Source: Acidimicrobiia bacterium
GTDB taxonomy: Bacteria; Acidobacteriota; Vicinamibacteria; Vicinamibacterales; CAVVIG01
Direction of reading: 5' to 3'
Assembly: GCA_016871175.1 (NCBI GenBank)
Contig: VFZL01000015.1
Location: forward strand, 37,936 to 101,935
DNA: 64,000 nt
Below, one piece after another: positions 21,243-30,926 of the stretch. The notes under the pieces are model-generated. The model saw only the letters and a list, made by a program, of their open reading frames with translations, was not told where the DNA came from and searched no databases. How positions within the stretch are numbered: position 1 is the stretch's first letter; the number at the start of each line of letters is the position of its first letter. The position numbers and the translations under genes were made by a program.

Positions 21243-21276
21243 AGTCCGCTTTACGCCGGTGTCAGGCTGGAACACA

Positions 21277-21750
21277 ATGAGGCCCCTGGAGGTTCGAACG
21301 ATGCGATTGGGACGAGGGCGAGCGGTGCTGGCGAGCGCTGTGGCCAGCGGTGTGGCGGCGTTCCTGCTGGTCGGCGCCGAGGGACCGCGCGTGGCGGCGC
21401 AAGAGAAGCCACCAGCGGTCTCCAGTGGGTGGGTGAAGGCGCCGACCGCCGGCGCCACGTCCACCGAGGCGTACGCCACGGTCGAGAACCCGACGATGTA
21501 CGCCTTTTACCTGCTGTCGGCTACGTCGGATGTCGCGGGGACCGTGGAGCTGCGACAAGCCGGCAAGGACGCGCCGCTCGAGGAAGTCACCGTGCCCGCG
21601 TACGGGACGCTCGACATGGATCCCAAGGGCTACTACCTGGTGCTCAAGGATCTCAAGAAGCCGCTCGCGGAAGGCGACAAGGTCAATGTCACTGTCGTCA
21701 CCGAGCTCGGCGTGAAGCTGAGCGTGCAGGCCACCGTCAAGAAGCCCTGA
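21277..21750 (+). CDS. PCu(A)C-fold periplasmic protein (atypical)
   Basis: GWVKAP..AYATVEN..LLSATSDVAGTVEL..VPA..PKGYYLVL..PLAEGDKV pattern; signal peptide. Confidence 0.7.
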   Translation: MRPLEVRTMRLGRGRAVLASAVASGVAAFLLVGAEGPRVAAQEKPPAVSSGWVKAPTAGATSTEAYATVENPTMYAFYLLSATSDVAGTVELRQAGKDAPLEEVTVPAYGTLDMDPKGYYLVLKDLKKPLAEGDKVNVTVVTELGVKLSVQATVKKP

Positions 21751-21810
21751 TCTGACAGCTGAGAGCCACTGGTACTCCCCTTAGCGCATCGTTATACTGG
21801 CGACGCGATC

Positions 21811-22785
21811 ATGGCGACGTTCGGTGAGCAGCTCAGACGGATGCGTGAGCAACGAGGCGTGTCTCTGGAGGACATCGCGCGGGAGACGCGCCTCTCCAAA
21901 CGCTACCTCGTGGCGCTCGAAAACGAAGCCATCGCGCAGCTGCCAGGCGGGGCGTACAACCGCGCCTATCTGAAGATGTACGCCACGCTGCTGGGGCTGG
22001 ATCCGGAGCCACTCCTGCACGAGTACATCGAGGAAGAGGCCCGTCACGCCCAGAGCGAACAGGAACAGTTGGCGGCGATGAACCGCGCAATCGAGCGCCG
22101 GGGCACGATCCTGATTGGCCAGCCCTCTGACGCGTCCCAGGATTCGCCAGGATTCCGCCGTTTCAGCCTCGCTGCCGTGTCTCTTGCCACGCTCGCTGTC
22201 ATCGCCGGCGTCGCGTGGTTTGGCCTGTCGGGGTTTCGACGCGCAGCCTCGACGTTGGAGGCGGTGGGGGGCGGGCCCGCGGCGGGGCCGTCGGCGGGCG
22301 CTGGGCCGGGGTTGCGGACGCTCTCGCCGAGGCCGCAGAATCCGACGCGCGACGCGGGTGAAGCGGCGGTCCACTCCAACGAGAGCCGGCGGTCAACGTC
22401 GACGTCCCACCGCGCACCCGTGACGGATCCGATGACCGGTGCCGTGCCGGCTTCACGGCCGATGTCGCACTTGTCGCTTGCCTCATCCGGCGTTGGGACC
22501 AGCATCGTCGATCGTCAGCTCGTGGGGCGGGCGGATCGGTTCGCCGCTGGCAGTCGAGTGCTGTTCTGGACGCACGTCCGCGGTGGGCGCGCCGGCGACA
22601 CGATCGATCACGTGTGGTTTCGAGATGGCGAGCTGATCGGCGCGGCCAGCCTCCCGGTCGGCGGCGACGACTGGCGGACGCAGAGCCGTCGTCGTCTCGA
22701 CTCGCCTGGCGCGTGGGCCGTCGAAGCGCGCGACGCCGAAGGCAACGTCCTCGCTCGTCACGAGTTCCAGACGTCCGCTCGGTAG
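21811..22785 (+). CDS. RodZ-like HTH, TM segment, C-terminal DUF2914-like Ig domain
   Basis: FGEQLRRMREQRGVSLEDIA..YLVALE..AYLKMYA HTH; FWT..HVWF..WRTQSRR..GAWAVE C-terminal domain. Confidence 0.75.
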   Translation: MATFGEQLRRMREQRGVSLEDIARETRLSKRYLVALENEAIAQLPGGAYNRAYLKMYATLLGLDPEPLLHEYIEEEARHAQSEQEQLAAMNRAIERRGTILIGQPSDASQDSPGFRRFSLAAVSLATLAVIAGVAWFGLSGFRRAASTLEAVGGGPAAGPSAGAGPGLRTLSPRPQNPTRDAGEAAVHSNESRRSTSTSHRAPVTDPMTGAVPASRPMSHLSLASSGVGTSIVDRQLVGRADRFAAGSRVLFWTHVRGGRAGDTIDHVWFRDGELIGAASLPVGGDDWRTQSRRRLDSPGAWAVEARDAEGNVLARHEFQTSAR

Positions 22786-22966
22786 GTTACGCCTCGCGCG
22801 CGTGCCCGCGGCGCGATACGGCCTTTCCTCGTTGCTGCTGCAAGCTCCGGAACGATCGCGGGAACCATTCCAGGAACCGCATGTTCGCGCTACAGAAGAG
22901 TCAGCACCGTTTCTCGTTGACACGCCAGCAGCCCGAATGATAATCGGGGCGCTGAAGGAGCCTCCT

Positions 22967-25021
22967 ATGCCGCGACCGCACTCGGGGAAGGCCAGCCGCG
23001 CGCTGCTCTCCGTCACTGTGGGCTCGATCTGTCTGATCGTCATGTGGGATGCCTTGCCCCTTCACGGGCAGGCGCCAAGCGCGGCCGTGCCCTTTACGCA
23101 GGCGCAAGCCACCGACGGGGGGCGCGTCTACACGCAGAAGTGCGCCGCGTGCCACGGTGCCCGCCTCGACGATGGCGCCGCGCCGCCGCTCGTCGGTCAG
23201 AAGTTCCTCGACACCTGGACCGCACCTGGGCGGACGCTGGACGACCTCTTCTTCATCATCCAGACGACGATGCCGAAGAACGAGGGCGGCACGCTGAAGC
23301 CCTCGGAGTACGTCTCCGTTCTGGCTCACATGCTGGAGCGCAACGGCTACCGCGCCGGCGATCGCGCGCTGTCGATGGAGCAGAGCGCGCTGGCCACGCT
23401 GCGCTTGGCCCGGCCCTCGGCATCGGCAGATGCGACGAAACCGCCTCCACCGGAATACATCGCCGGACCGGACGGGACCACGCCGCGTGCGACCGGTCCG
23501 ACGCAGGAAGCGCTGCTGGCGGCCGAGAGCAGTCGTGACTGGCTGATGCACACGCACGACTACTCCGGCACGCGGTACTCGCCGCTGACCCAGATCACCA
23601 GCGCCAACGCCCATCAGCTGCGGGCCGTGTGCGCGTATCAGGTCGGCGAGACCGGCAACTTTCAGACGGGCCCCGTCGTCGATCGCGGCACGATGTACGT
23701 GACGACGCCGTCCGCCACGATCGCCATTGATGCCGCCACGTGCCGACCGAAGTGGCGGTACGTCTGGACGCCGCGTGCGACGGAGCTCTTTGGCACCAAC
23801 CGTGGCGTATCAATCAAAGACGGCCGCGTCGTGCGTGCGACGTCCGACGGCTATCTGATTGCCCTCGACGCGCAGGACGGGCGGCTGCTGTGGGCGCGCC
23901 GCGCCAGCGATACGACCAAGGGCGAGACCTTCACGATGGCGCCGCTGCTCTACGACAACCTGATCGTCATCGGACCAGCCGTGAGCGAGTTCGCCATCAA
24001 AGGGTGGGTGGGGGCGTTCCGTCTGGACAACGGTGAGCCGGTCTGGCGCTTCAACATCGTGCCTTCGCCAGGCGAGCCAGGCTACCAGACGTGGAAGCAG
24101 CCGGATGGTTTCCCGGTCGGCGGCGGCGGTGTGTGGACGACGCCCACGCTCGATCCCGAGCGCGAGATTGTTTACGTCGCCACTGGGAATCCCGCCCCCG
24201 ACTTCCCGGCGGCGCTTCGCGGCGGCGTCAACCTCTACACGAACTCGGTCGTCGCGCTGAACGTCCGTACGGGGAAGCTCGTGTGGTACGAGCAGCTGGT
24301 GCCGGCCGACAACCACGACTGGGATCTGACGCACGCCAGCCCGCTGTACCGCACCACCGTCAACGGTCGCGAGCGAAAGATGTTGTCCACGGTGGGCAAG
24401 GACGGCATTCTTCGAGTGCTCGACCGCGATTCCCAGACGCGCGTGTTCGAGACGCCGGTCACGACGATCGAAAATGCCGAAGCGCGCGTCACCACGACCG
24501 GCACGCGTGCGTGTCCCGGCCTCGTTGGGGGCGTGGAATGGAACGGGCCGACGTACCACTCCGGATTGAACGTGATCGCCGTTCCAGCGGTCGACTGGTG
24601 TGCGACGTTCTACATGGACGACAATCCGCGGTTCGTGCCCAATCAGATCTTCCTGGGTGGCCGCACTGTCAACGACAAGCAGTCGCAGGGCTGGATCACC
24701 GCCGTGGACGCCGCGAGCGGCAGTGTGCGCTGGAAGTATCGATCGACACGACCGATTGTCGCCGCGGTGACTTCGACGGGCGGAGGTGTGATTTTCACGG
24801 GCGAGCTGACCGGCGATCTGGTCGCGTTTGACGCGAATACTGGCGACGTGCGCTACCGGTTCAATACCGGCGGTCCCATGGGTGCGGGCATCGTCACCTA
24901 TGAGGTTGGTGGCCGGCAGTACGTCGCGGTGGCCTCGGGTCGTCCGTCGCGCATGTGGGTGCAAGAGCATCAGGGCAATCCGACCGTGATGGTGTTCGCG
25001 CTCGACGGCACGCCCAAATAG
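22967..25021 (+). CDS. PQQ-dependent dehydrogenase with N-terminal cytochrome c
   Basis: CAACH heme motif, then RYSPLTQIT, NRG, GGGVW, GNPAP, HDWD, CPG..GGVEW and Trp-docking repeats; AAGGAG RBS. Confidence 0.85.
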   Translation: MPRPHSGKASRALLSVTVGSICLIVMWDALPLHGQAPSAAVPFTQAQATDGGRVYTQKCAACHGARLDDGAAPPLVGQKFLDTWTAPGRTLDDLFFIIQTTMPKNEGGTLKPSEYVSVLAHMLERNGYRAGDRALSMEQSALATLRLARPSASADATKPPPPEYIAGPDGTTPRATGPTQEALLAAESSRDWLMHTHDYSGTRYSPLTQITSANAHQLRAVCAYQVGETGNFQTGPVVDRGTMYVTTPSATIAIDAATCRPKWRYVWTPRATELFGTNRGVSIKDGRVVRATSDGYLIALDAQDGRLLWARRASDTTKGETFTMAPLLYDNLIVIGPAVSEFAIKGWVGAFRLDNGEPVWRFNIVPSPGEPGYQTWKQPDGFPVGGGGVWTTPTLDPEREIVYVATGNPAPDFPAALRGGVNLYTNSVVALNVRTGKLVWYEQLVPADNHDWDLTHASPLYRTTVNGRERKMLSTVGKDGILRVLDRDSQTRVFETPVTTIENAEARVTTTGTRACPGLVGGVEWNGPTYHSGLNVIAVPAVDWCATFYMDDNPRFVPNQIFLGGRTVNDKQSQGWITAVDAASGSVRWKYRSTRPIVAAVTSTGGGVIFTGELTGDLVAFDANTGDVRYRFNTGGPMGAGIVTYEVGGRQYVAVASGRPSRMWVQEHQGNPTVMVFALDGTPK

Positions 25022-25116
25022 GACGGGTCCAGGTTCAAGGGCTCGTCGGTTCCGAGGTTCGCGGGTTCGGCGTACGTGCGGGGCGTCGATCGAATGGGCC
25101 TTGATTCGTTTTCGCA

Positions 25117-25673
25117 ATGGCTGACCGTGCGCCGCTCGATATTCGAACCCGTCGGCGATGGCGCGGCTGGTTGGCGACGAACCACGCGTCGAGTTCGGGC
25201 ATCTGGCTCGTCCGACACAAGCAGCACCGCGGCGTGAAAGCGATGTCGTATGAGGACGTCGTGCGCGAGGCGCTCTGCTTCGGCTGGATCGACAGCCTGG
25301 TGAAGCACCTCGACGAGGATCGCTATGCGATCAAGGTGACGCCGCGCAGGCCGACGAGCAAGTCGTCGGATATCGACCGGAAGCGCTGGAACGAATTGAA
25401 GACGGCTGGCCTGCTTGCGGCCCCAGGACTCGCGGCCGCCCCGACGGCGAATCGCTACGCGCCACGTCCATCGACCCCCGACTACCGGCCTATGTCGCGA
25501 AGGCATTCAAGGCCGATATCAGCGCCTGGCGATACTTCCAGTCCCTGGCGCCCACGTACCGGCGGCAGTTTGTTGCGTGGATCCACACGGCCAAGCGACC
25601 AGCGACCAGGGAACGTCGGATCGGCGAGGTCATTGAACTGCTCGCCGCCGGAAAGACGCTCGGATTGCGATAG
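25117..25673 (+). CDS. YdeI/OmpD-associated family protein (frameshifted near 25481)
   Basis: WRGWLATNH..EALCFGWIDS..TPRR; second frame LPAYVAKAF..FQSLAPTYRRQFVAWIHTAKRPATRERRI to TAG 25671-25673. Confidence 0.8.
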
Positions 25674-25719
25674 GGCCGGCAACCCGTTCAGCGGTTGGCA
25701 CGGCGTGCACCTGCTGCGC

Positions 25720-27747
25720 CTATCTCACCGACGACCAGGCAACGAGTCGCGATCTCAAGCGGGCGGCGGCGGAGGCATCTCCTGCATCCTCGGCAACGCG
25801 AATGGCCTCGCGCGCGATCTCTCGCGCCCGCGTCAGATCGCCGGACGCGGCGAGCGCCGTCGCCCAGATGTCGAGATACGCGCTGTTGCGGCGGTTGGTG
25901 CGGGTGTTGGCGCGCTCGGCGAGCGCCACCGCGAGTGCGCGGTCGGACGGCGACGCGTCCACGCGCGCCGACAGTACCGACGCGAGCGCCGCCTCGGCAT
26001 TCGACCACTCGGGTCTCATGTCGAGCGCCGCACGCAGACGCACCAGCGCCCGCGCATCGTCTCCAAGCATCGCGTCCACGACGCCAGCCGCCAGAACAGC
26101 CTCGGCGTCTGCAGGTCGAGCGGCGAGGGCCGCGCCAAGATGGGTCGACGCTTCGCGCAGTCGCCCCTGCGCCTGCCGGAGCAAGCCGAGCTGGAGATGC
26201 GAGGGACCGTGCGAAGGATCGGCGGCGATGGCGGCGCTGAACAGGCGCTCGGCCTCGTCACGCTCTCCCCGCGCGAGGACCGCCAATCCAACGTTGAAGC
26301 GAGCCGATGCGGACTCCTGGCGTCGCGCGAGCGTCGCGCGAAATTCGCGCTCAGCAGCGGCTACGTCTCCAATCTCGATGAGCATTAGCGCTAGGTCGTC
26401 ACGCAGTGCGACGTTGTCCGGATCTCGCGCGAGCATCGCCCGTCTTCCACGGACCTCCTCCGGCAGCACCTTTCGATACACGCTCTCGACGAGCGCTCCT
26501 CGATCCTCTCGGCGGACCGGAATCACCTGGAACCACATCTCGGCCATCTCATCCGACGTTTGCTGACCGTACCCCGTGGCGATCGGAGGACGATGGGGAT
26601 TGCGTGGGTTGGCTTCCGTGTTGTCGTAGGTGATCGACATCTCGAGCGTTGTGCCGGCGGCCAAACGCACCGGGTGTTCGTACTGATATACACTCTGCCA
26701 ATTGAAGTCCCAATCCGGGATGCGCAGGAGTCGCACCGGTGCGCCGTCGGGTCGCGTGGCAACGGCGCGCATCTGTCGCGCAAGGTAGTGTGCGTGCGGT
26801 TGAACCGTGTGCACCTCGACATCAACGGGGAGCACGTAGCGGTCCGACACGGCGTAGGTGGAAGCGCCGGCGGGAATCGAGAGGTCCTGGCGTGTGAGCC
26901 TCAGCATGACCGGCACGTGTGCAGGAGGCTGGTCCGTCAAATACAGGCCGATGCTCGCTTGGACGGATTCGGCGCGCCCGCTAGGTCGCAGGTGAACCAT
27001 CATCACGAAGTCTCCGCCAGCGGGAAGCGGCCAGGCCGTGTCAGGCGCCGCCGTTTGTGCGCCGTGGCCCGGCGCCCAGTCGAGGAAGAACCCGTCGGGC
27101 GCCCGCGCGGACGGAGCGATGAGCCCCTCGTACCCTGGCTCCGCGTCCCTCTCGTCGAATTGGCGAGACCCTTCGGTCGCGTCCACTTGTATCGTCGCGT
27201 GGTGCACGACCGCGGCATTACCCGGCCGGAACTCCCACGCGCGGACGAATCGCACCTTCGGTGCCGAGCCGTTCGGGATCGACAGCACGAACGTCCGAAA
27301 GAGGTCGGGCCCATCCGGCCGCAGCGCGAACATGGGCATGGTCAGGACGAGATCGGGCGGCCCCAGCTCCCAGTCGGATGAGAACGCGGGTGGCGCCGGC
27401 ATGTCCCCGGCCGCACCCGCCTGGAGGCCCTCGTCCAACCAGCGCCGAAACACGGCGATCTCGGCGTCACTGAGGCGTCGCACCCCTGTGAAGTCACCCC
27501 AGCCGGGCTCGGGCTGCCAGGGCGGCATCGCGCGAGTGGCCGTCATCTCGACGATCTGCCGTGCGCGGGCGCGAGCGGATTCGTACGCGAGAAGACTGAC
27601 GCGCGACGCGCCACCGGGTCTGTGGCATGACACACAGTGACGGAACAGCAGTGGCGCGACGTCACGCGCGAACGTCACCGCGCTGGCGGGTGCCGGCACG
27701 GCGCCGGCCACGAGCATGATCGCCGCAGCACGCAGCGCGCCGCGCAT
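25720..27747 (-). CDS. Secreted cytochrome c + copper type II monooxygenase-like + TPR protein
   Basis: Signal peptide, CVSCH..MPPW, VHHA, MVH, PHAHYL, WDFNWQ, DEMAEM, then Ala-rich TPR helices. Confidence 0.75.
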   Translation of the reverse strand: MRGALRAAAIMLVAGAVPAPASAVTFARDVAPLLFRHCVSCHRPGGASRVSLLAYESARARARQIVEMTATRAMPPWQPEPGWGDFTGVRRLSDAEIAVFRRWLDEGLQAGAAGDMPAPPAFSSDWELGPPDLVLTMPMFALRPDGPDLFRTFVLSIPNGSAPKVRFVRAWEFRPGNAAVVHHATIQVDATEGSRQFDERDAEPGYEGLIAPSARAPDGFFLDWAPGHGAQTAAPDTAWPLPAGGDFVMMVHLRPSGRAESVQASIGLYLTDQPPAHVPVMLRLTRQDLSIPAGASTYAVSDRYVLPVDVEVHTVQPHAHYLARQMRAVATRPDGAPVRLLRIPDWDFNWQSVYQYEHPVRLAAGTTLEMSITYDNTEANPRNPHRPPIATGYGQQTSDEMAEMWFQVIPVRREDRGALVESVYRKVLPEEVRGRRAMLARDPDNVALRDDLALMLIEIGDVAAAEREFRATLARRQESASARFNVGLAVLARGERDEAERLFSAAIAADPSHGPSHLQLGLLRQAQGRLREASTHLGAALAARPADAEAVLAAGVVDAMLGDDARALVRLRAALDMRPEWSNAEAALASVLSARVDASPSDRALAVALAERANTRTNRRNSAYLDIWATALAASGDLTRAREIAREAIRVAEDAGDASAAARLRSRLVAWSSVR

Positions 27748-27818
27748 CGCTCAGGGCCGCCTCTGCGTGAGCTCGCCCTTCTCTGTGTCAACGCTGCCCG
27801 TGCCCACCGTCAAGCGCG

Positions 27819-30698
27819 TCAGAATCGTGCCTGGAAACCGAACCGGATGAGGCGGCCGTCCAGAATCCGCGTCGGATTGCCGACCAACGGCCAGGCCAAC
27901 GTCTGGCTGTACACCGTATTGGCGTTCAGCAAGTTGAAGAAGGAGACGTCGGGCGTGATACGCCACCCGCGCACGTTGAACTGCTTGGCGAGCGTGAAAT
28001 CGAGCTGGTTGATGTGCGGATAGTAGATGCTGCCAGGCTCGTTGAGCGGACGAACGTTCACCGACGCTTGGTTGAGCGTGACGCCGGTCATGGCATTGAA
28101 CGCGGCGGCGGTGACGACATAGTTCTGAATCACCTGGTCACCGGCCGAACTTTGGAACACGGCGCTCAGCCGGACCCCGTACGGCAGTGGATACGCACCG
28201 GACAGCTTGAAGTTCGTCCGCCACGGAATGTCGAACTGGTATTCGTCGCAGAAGCGCAGGCTGTTCGTGAAGGTGGCATTGCCGTTCGGATCCGTGACGT
28301 CGCAGTTTCTCGCGCGCGTGAGCCCGCTCGAGGTTCCGCCCTGCAGGAAGGCGCCGTTGCCCAGTCGCGCGTTGATGATGACGTCGACGCTGTGGAACGA
28401 CGAGGTGTTATTCGGCGACGTCGAGTCCACTTCGTTCAGCGACAACAGGGCCGTCGGGTCGATGTTGTAGACGGTGAGCGACTGCCCGTTACCACGCGGA
28501 TCGGGGATCTGATGCGGCGTGTATGCGCTGAGTGGCTTGACGAGGTCTCTCGTGTACAAGATGTCGTAGTACTTGCGGTGGTAGTAATTCAGCGAGAGGC
28601 CCAAGCCAGGTTTCAGCTCACGGGTAAGACTCGCGTTGTACACCATCTGGTACGGACGCTGGAGAGCGGGATCCGGGTTCCGGTTGCGACGCACGCCGAA
28701 CGTCTTTGGCATCTGCGCGAAGTTGATCTCGCACCCAGGTGTCAAGTACACACACCCGAGCGTGCCGTCGGCAAGGTCGTTCCCGTTGAGATCGGTCCAG
28801 GCGACATCGGCCGTGGACGAGATCATCGGGTTGTACAGATCCTGAAAGTCGACGGCGCTCTGCTGCATGTACCGGCCGATGCTCGCCTTGACAGCGGTCC
28901 TGCCGTCGCCGAATACGTCGTATGCGCCGCCCATGCGGACCAGCCAGTTACTGAAGTTCGGTAGGTCGCTGATCTGGTCGAAGCTCCGCGCGGCGACGAA
29001 TCGCCCTGCCGCTGCCGCCTGCGCCGGCACCTCTCCGTTGAAGCGCTCGTACCGCAGCCCAGGGTTGAAGGTCAACCGGCCCAGGCTCCACGAGTCCTGG
29101 ACGTAGAGGCCCAGATCCATATTGAGGTTGCTCCTGGACTCAACGGGGTAGTTGTACAGTCGGACCGAGAAGGGCACGCCTCGGTTGTAGAGCTGCCGAA
29201 GATGGCCGTTCGTGTGGTAGCTATCGTACTTCGTGCCGAAGCGGTCCTGCATGCCGAACTTGATGCGGTGCGAGCCGGTCACGTAGGACAGTGACGCCAC
29301 GATGTTTCTCGCGTCGGGGATGAGCGGCCCTGTTGCAAAAAATGACCCGAACACGTTGAAGGTCCCACCGAGGCCCACGTCGGCCTTCGAGATGGGTCCG
29401 TAAGGATTGGTCGCGGTCGGGCCCCCCAGAGTGGGTTGATCCTTATACCGCTGGTGCAGGTAGGTTCGCGAGAAGCCCGCCTCCAGGAGGAGCCGGCTCG
29501 AAAGCGTTGACGTCCACTTCCCCTGCGCAATGTAGCTATCGAGGTCCTGCACCGGTGCGCCTTCGAGTGTGTAATTCCCTGTTTCGCTGAACATGTGCTG
29601 TCGGTACTTGATTTCCGGCTGCACTAGTCCCGTCACTTTGTGCTTCTGCCCAATCTGAGCGGTGACTCGGGTTGTGTAGGTCTCTATCTTCGAGCGGTCG
29701 GCGGCCGGTGTCCCATCAGGCAGGAACTGATTGAGGATGTACTGGCGCGTGCCCCACGCGCGCGGCGAGAAGAAGAACCAGATCCGGTCGCGTTTGAGCG
29801 GACCACCTATCGAGAGGTTGAGATCCCTGATGCTCTTGAGATTCGGCGCCGCGGTCAAACCCCGGGACCGCAAGTCGTCGTCAATGTTCGTGCTCCGGAA
29901 ATTCTCATTGGAGTACGTAAGCAAGGCTTCGCCTGTGAAGTGGTTGGAACCCTCCTTCGAGATCATGTTGACTTTGACACCACCAGTTTGCGACTCGGCG
30001 GAACCGCCGACCACCTGGTACACCATGTCCTCGAACGCGCTTTGGTTGTGGTACATGCCGGAGATGTCGCCCGTCCGAAGGAGGACCGCCGTGTTCATGC
30101 CGTCGACCTCGACGGCGAAGTCGCCCGACCGCGCGCCGTACGCGACGAGCGTGCCCTGCCACATTTGCGTCGACCCGCCTACGTCGAACCGGCCGGCGAG
30201 CGCGCTCCCGAGCGCGGGAATCGTCGCCGCGATCGACTGATAGCTCCGGCCCGTCGGAAGCGCGTCCACTTGGTCCTTGGTGAGGACGGTTCGGACCTGC
30301 GTGCTCTGAACGTCGACGACCGGCGGGATGCCCGAGACGGTGACCGTCTCCTCGAGACCGCCGACTCGGAGTTGCGCGTTGACCGTGGCCGTGAACGCGG
30401 CCTCGAGCGCGAGCTCGTCGCGCACGAACGTCGCGAAGCCGGGCAAGGTGAAGGTGATTTTGTAGACGCCGGGTCGGAGATCCTCGAGACGATAACGCCC
30501 GTTCCCATCGGTGACCGCCACGCGCGACTGCCCGATCAACGCCGGACTCGCGGCTTCGACCGTGACTCCAGGTAACAGGCCGCCCGTCGTGTCGGAGACA
30601 GCGCCGGCGATGGCGCTCTGTGCGAAGGTGGCGGCCGGAGCCGTCATTCCCGCCAACGCAGTGACGAACACGAGCCGCGCAAATCTCGAGAATGCCAT
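27819..30698 (-). CDS. TonB-dependent receptor with N-terminal carboxypeptidase regulatory-like domain
   Basis: Signal peptide, GLLPGVTVEAASPALI..LRPGVY, plug region, YVQDSW, C-terminal FGFQARF. Confidence 0.88.
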   Translation of the reverse strand: MAFSRFARLVFVTALAGMTAPAATFAQSAIAGAVSDTTGGLLPGVTVEAASPALIGQSRVAVTDGNGRYRLEDLRPGVYKITFTLPGFATFVRDELALEAAFTATVNAQLRVGGLEETVTVSGIPPVVDVQSTQVRTVLTKDQVDALPTGRSYQSIAATIPALGSALAGRFDVGGSTQMWQGTLVAYGARSGDFAVEVDGMNTAVLLRTGDISGMYHNQSAFEDMVYQVVGGSAESQTGGVKVNMISKEGSNHFTGEALLTYSNENFRSTNIDDDLRSRGLTAAPNLKSIRDLNLSIGGPLKRDRIWFFFSPRAWGTRQYILNQFLPDGTPAADRSKIETYTTRVTAQIGQKHKVTGLVQPEIKYRQHMFSETGNYTLEGAPVQDLDSYIAQGKWTSTLSSRLLLEAGFSRTYLHQRYKDQPTLGGPTATNPYGPISKADVGLGGTFNVFGSFFATGPLIPDARNIVASLSYVTGSHRIKFGMQDRFGTKYDSYHTNGHLRQLYNRGVPFSVRLYNYPVESRSNLNMDLGLYVQDSWSLGRLTFNPGLRYERFNGEVPAQAAAAGRFVAARSFDQISDLPNFSNWLVRMGGAYDVFGDGRTAVKASIGRYMQQSAVDFQDLYNPMISSTADVAWTDLNGNDLADGTLGCVYLTPGCEINFAQMPKTFGVRRNRNPDPALQRPYQMVYNASLTRELKPGLGLSLNYYHRKYYDILYTRDLVKPLSAYTPHQIPDPRGNGQSLTVYNIDPTALLSLNEVDSTSPNNTSSFHSVDVIINARLGNGAFLQGGTSSGLTRARNCDVTDPNGNATFTNSLRFCDEYQFDIPWRTNFKLSGAYPLPYGVRLSAVFQSSAGDQVIQNYVVTAAAFNAMTGVTLNQASVNVRPLNEPGSIYYPHINQLDFTLAKQFNVRGWRITPDVSFFNLLNANTVYSQTLAWPLVGNPTRILDGRLIRFGFQARF

Positions 30699-30926
30699 CT
30701 GACCCTCCTCCATGAGCGTCGAAGATCGCCGGCGCCGAGCGCAAGATCACGTAAACGTCGTCGTCGCGGGATTCTAGACCCGTGTGTTCGTCAAAGATTG
30801 TCGTCTGTTGTCGCGAGGGTCGAATGTCTCCTTGAAATCCGTTCCGGAGCAGATTGTTGGACCTGCGCCTCGGCGCCCTTGAGTCCGAAACGGCCGTTCA
30901 GCCAGCCGCCCGGTGACTGGTCAGAC

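Noticed and set aside
25482-26388. 423-aa version of the YdeI-like ORF
   Set aside because: Read-through caused by a frameshift; the real C-terminus is in another frame ending at 25673
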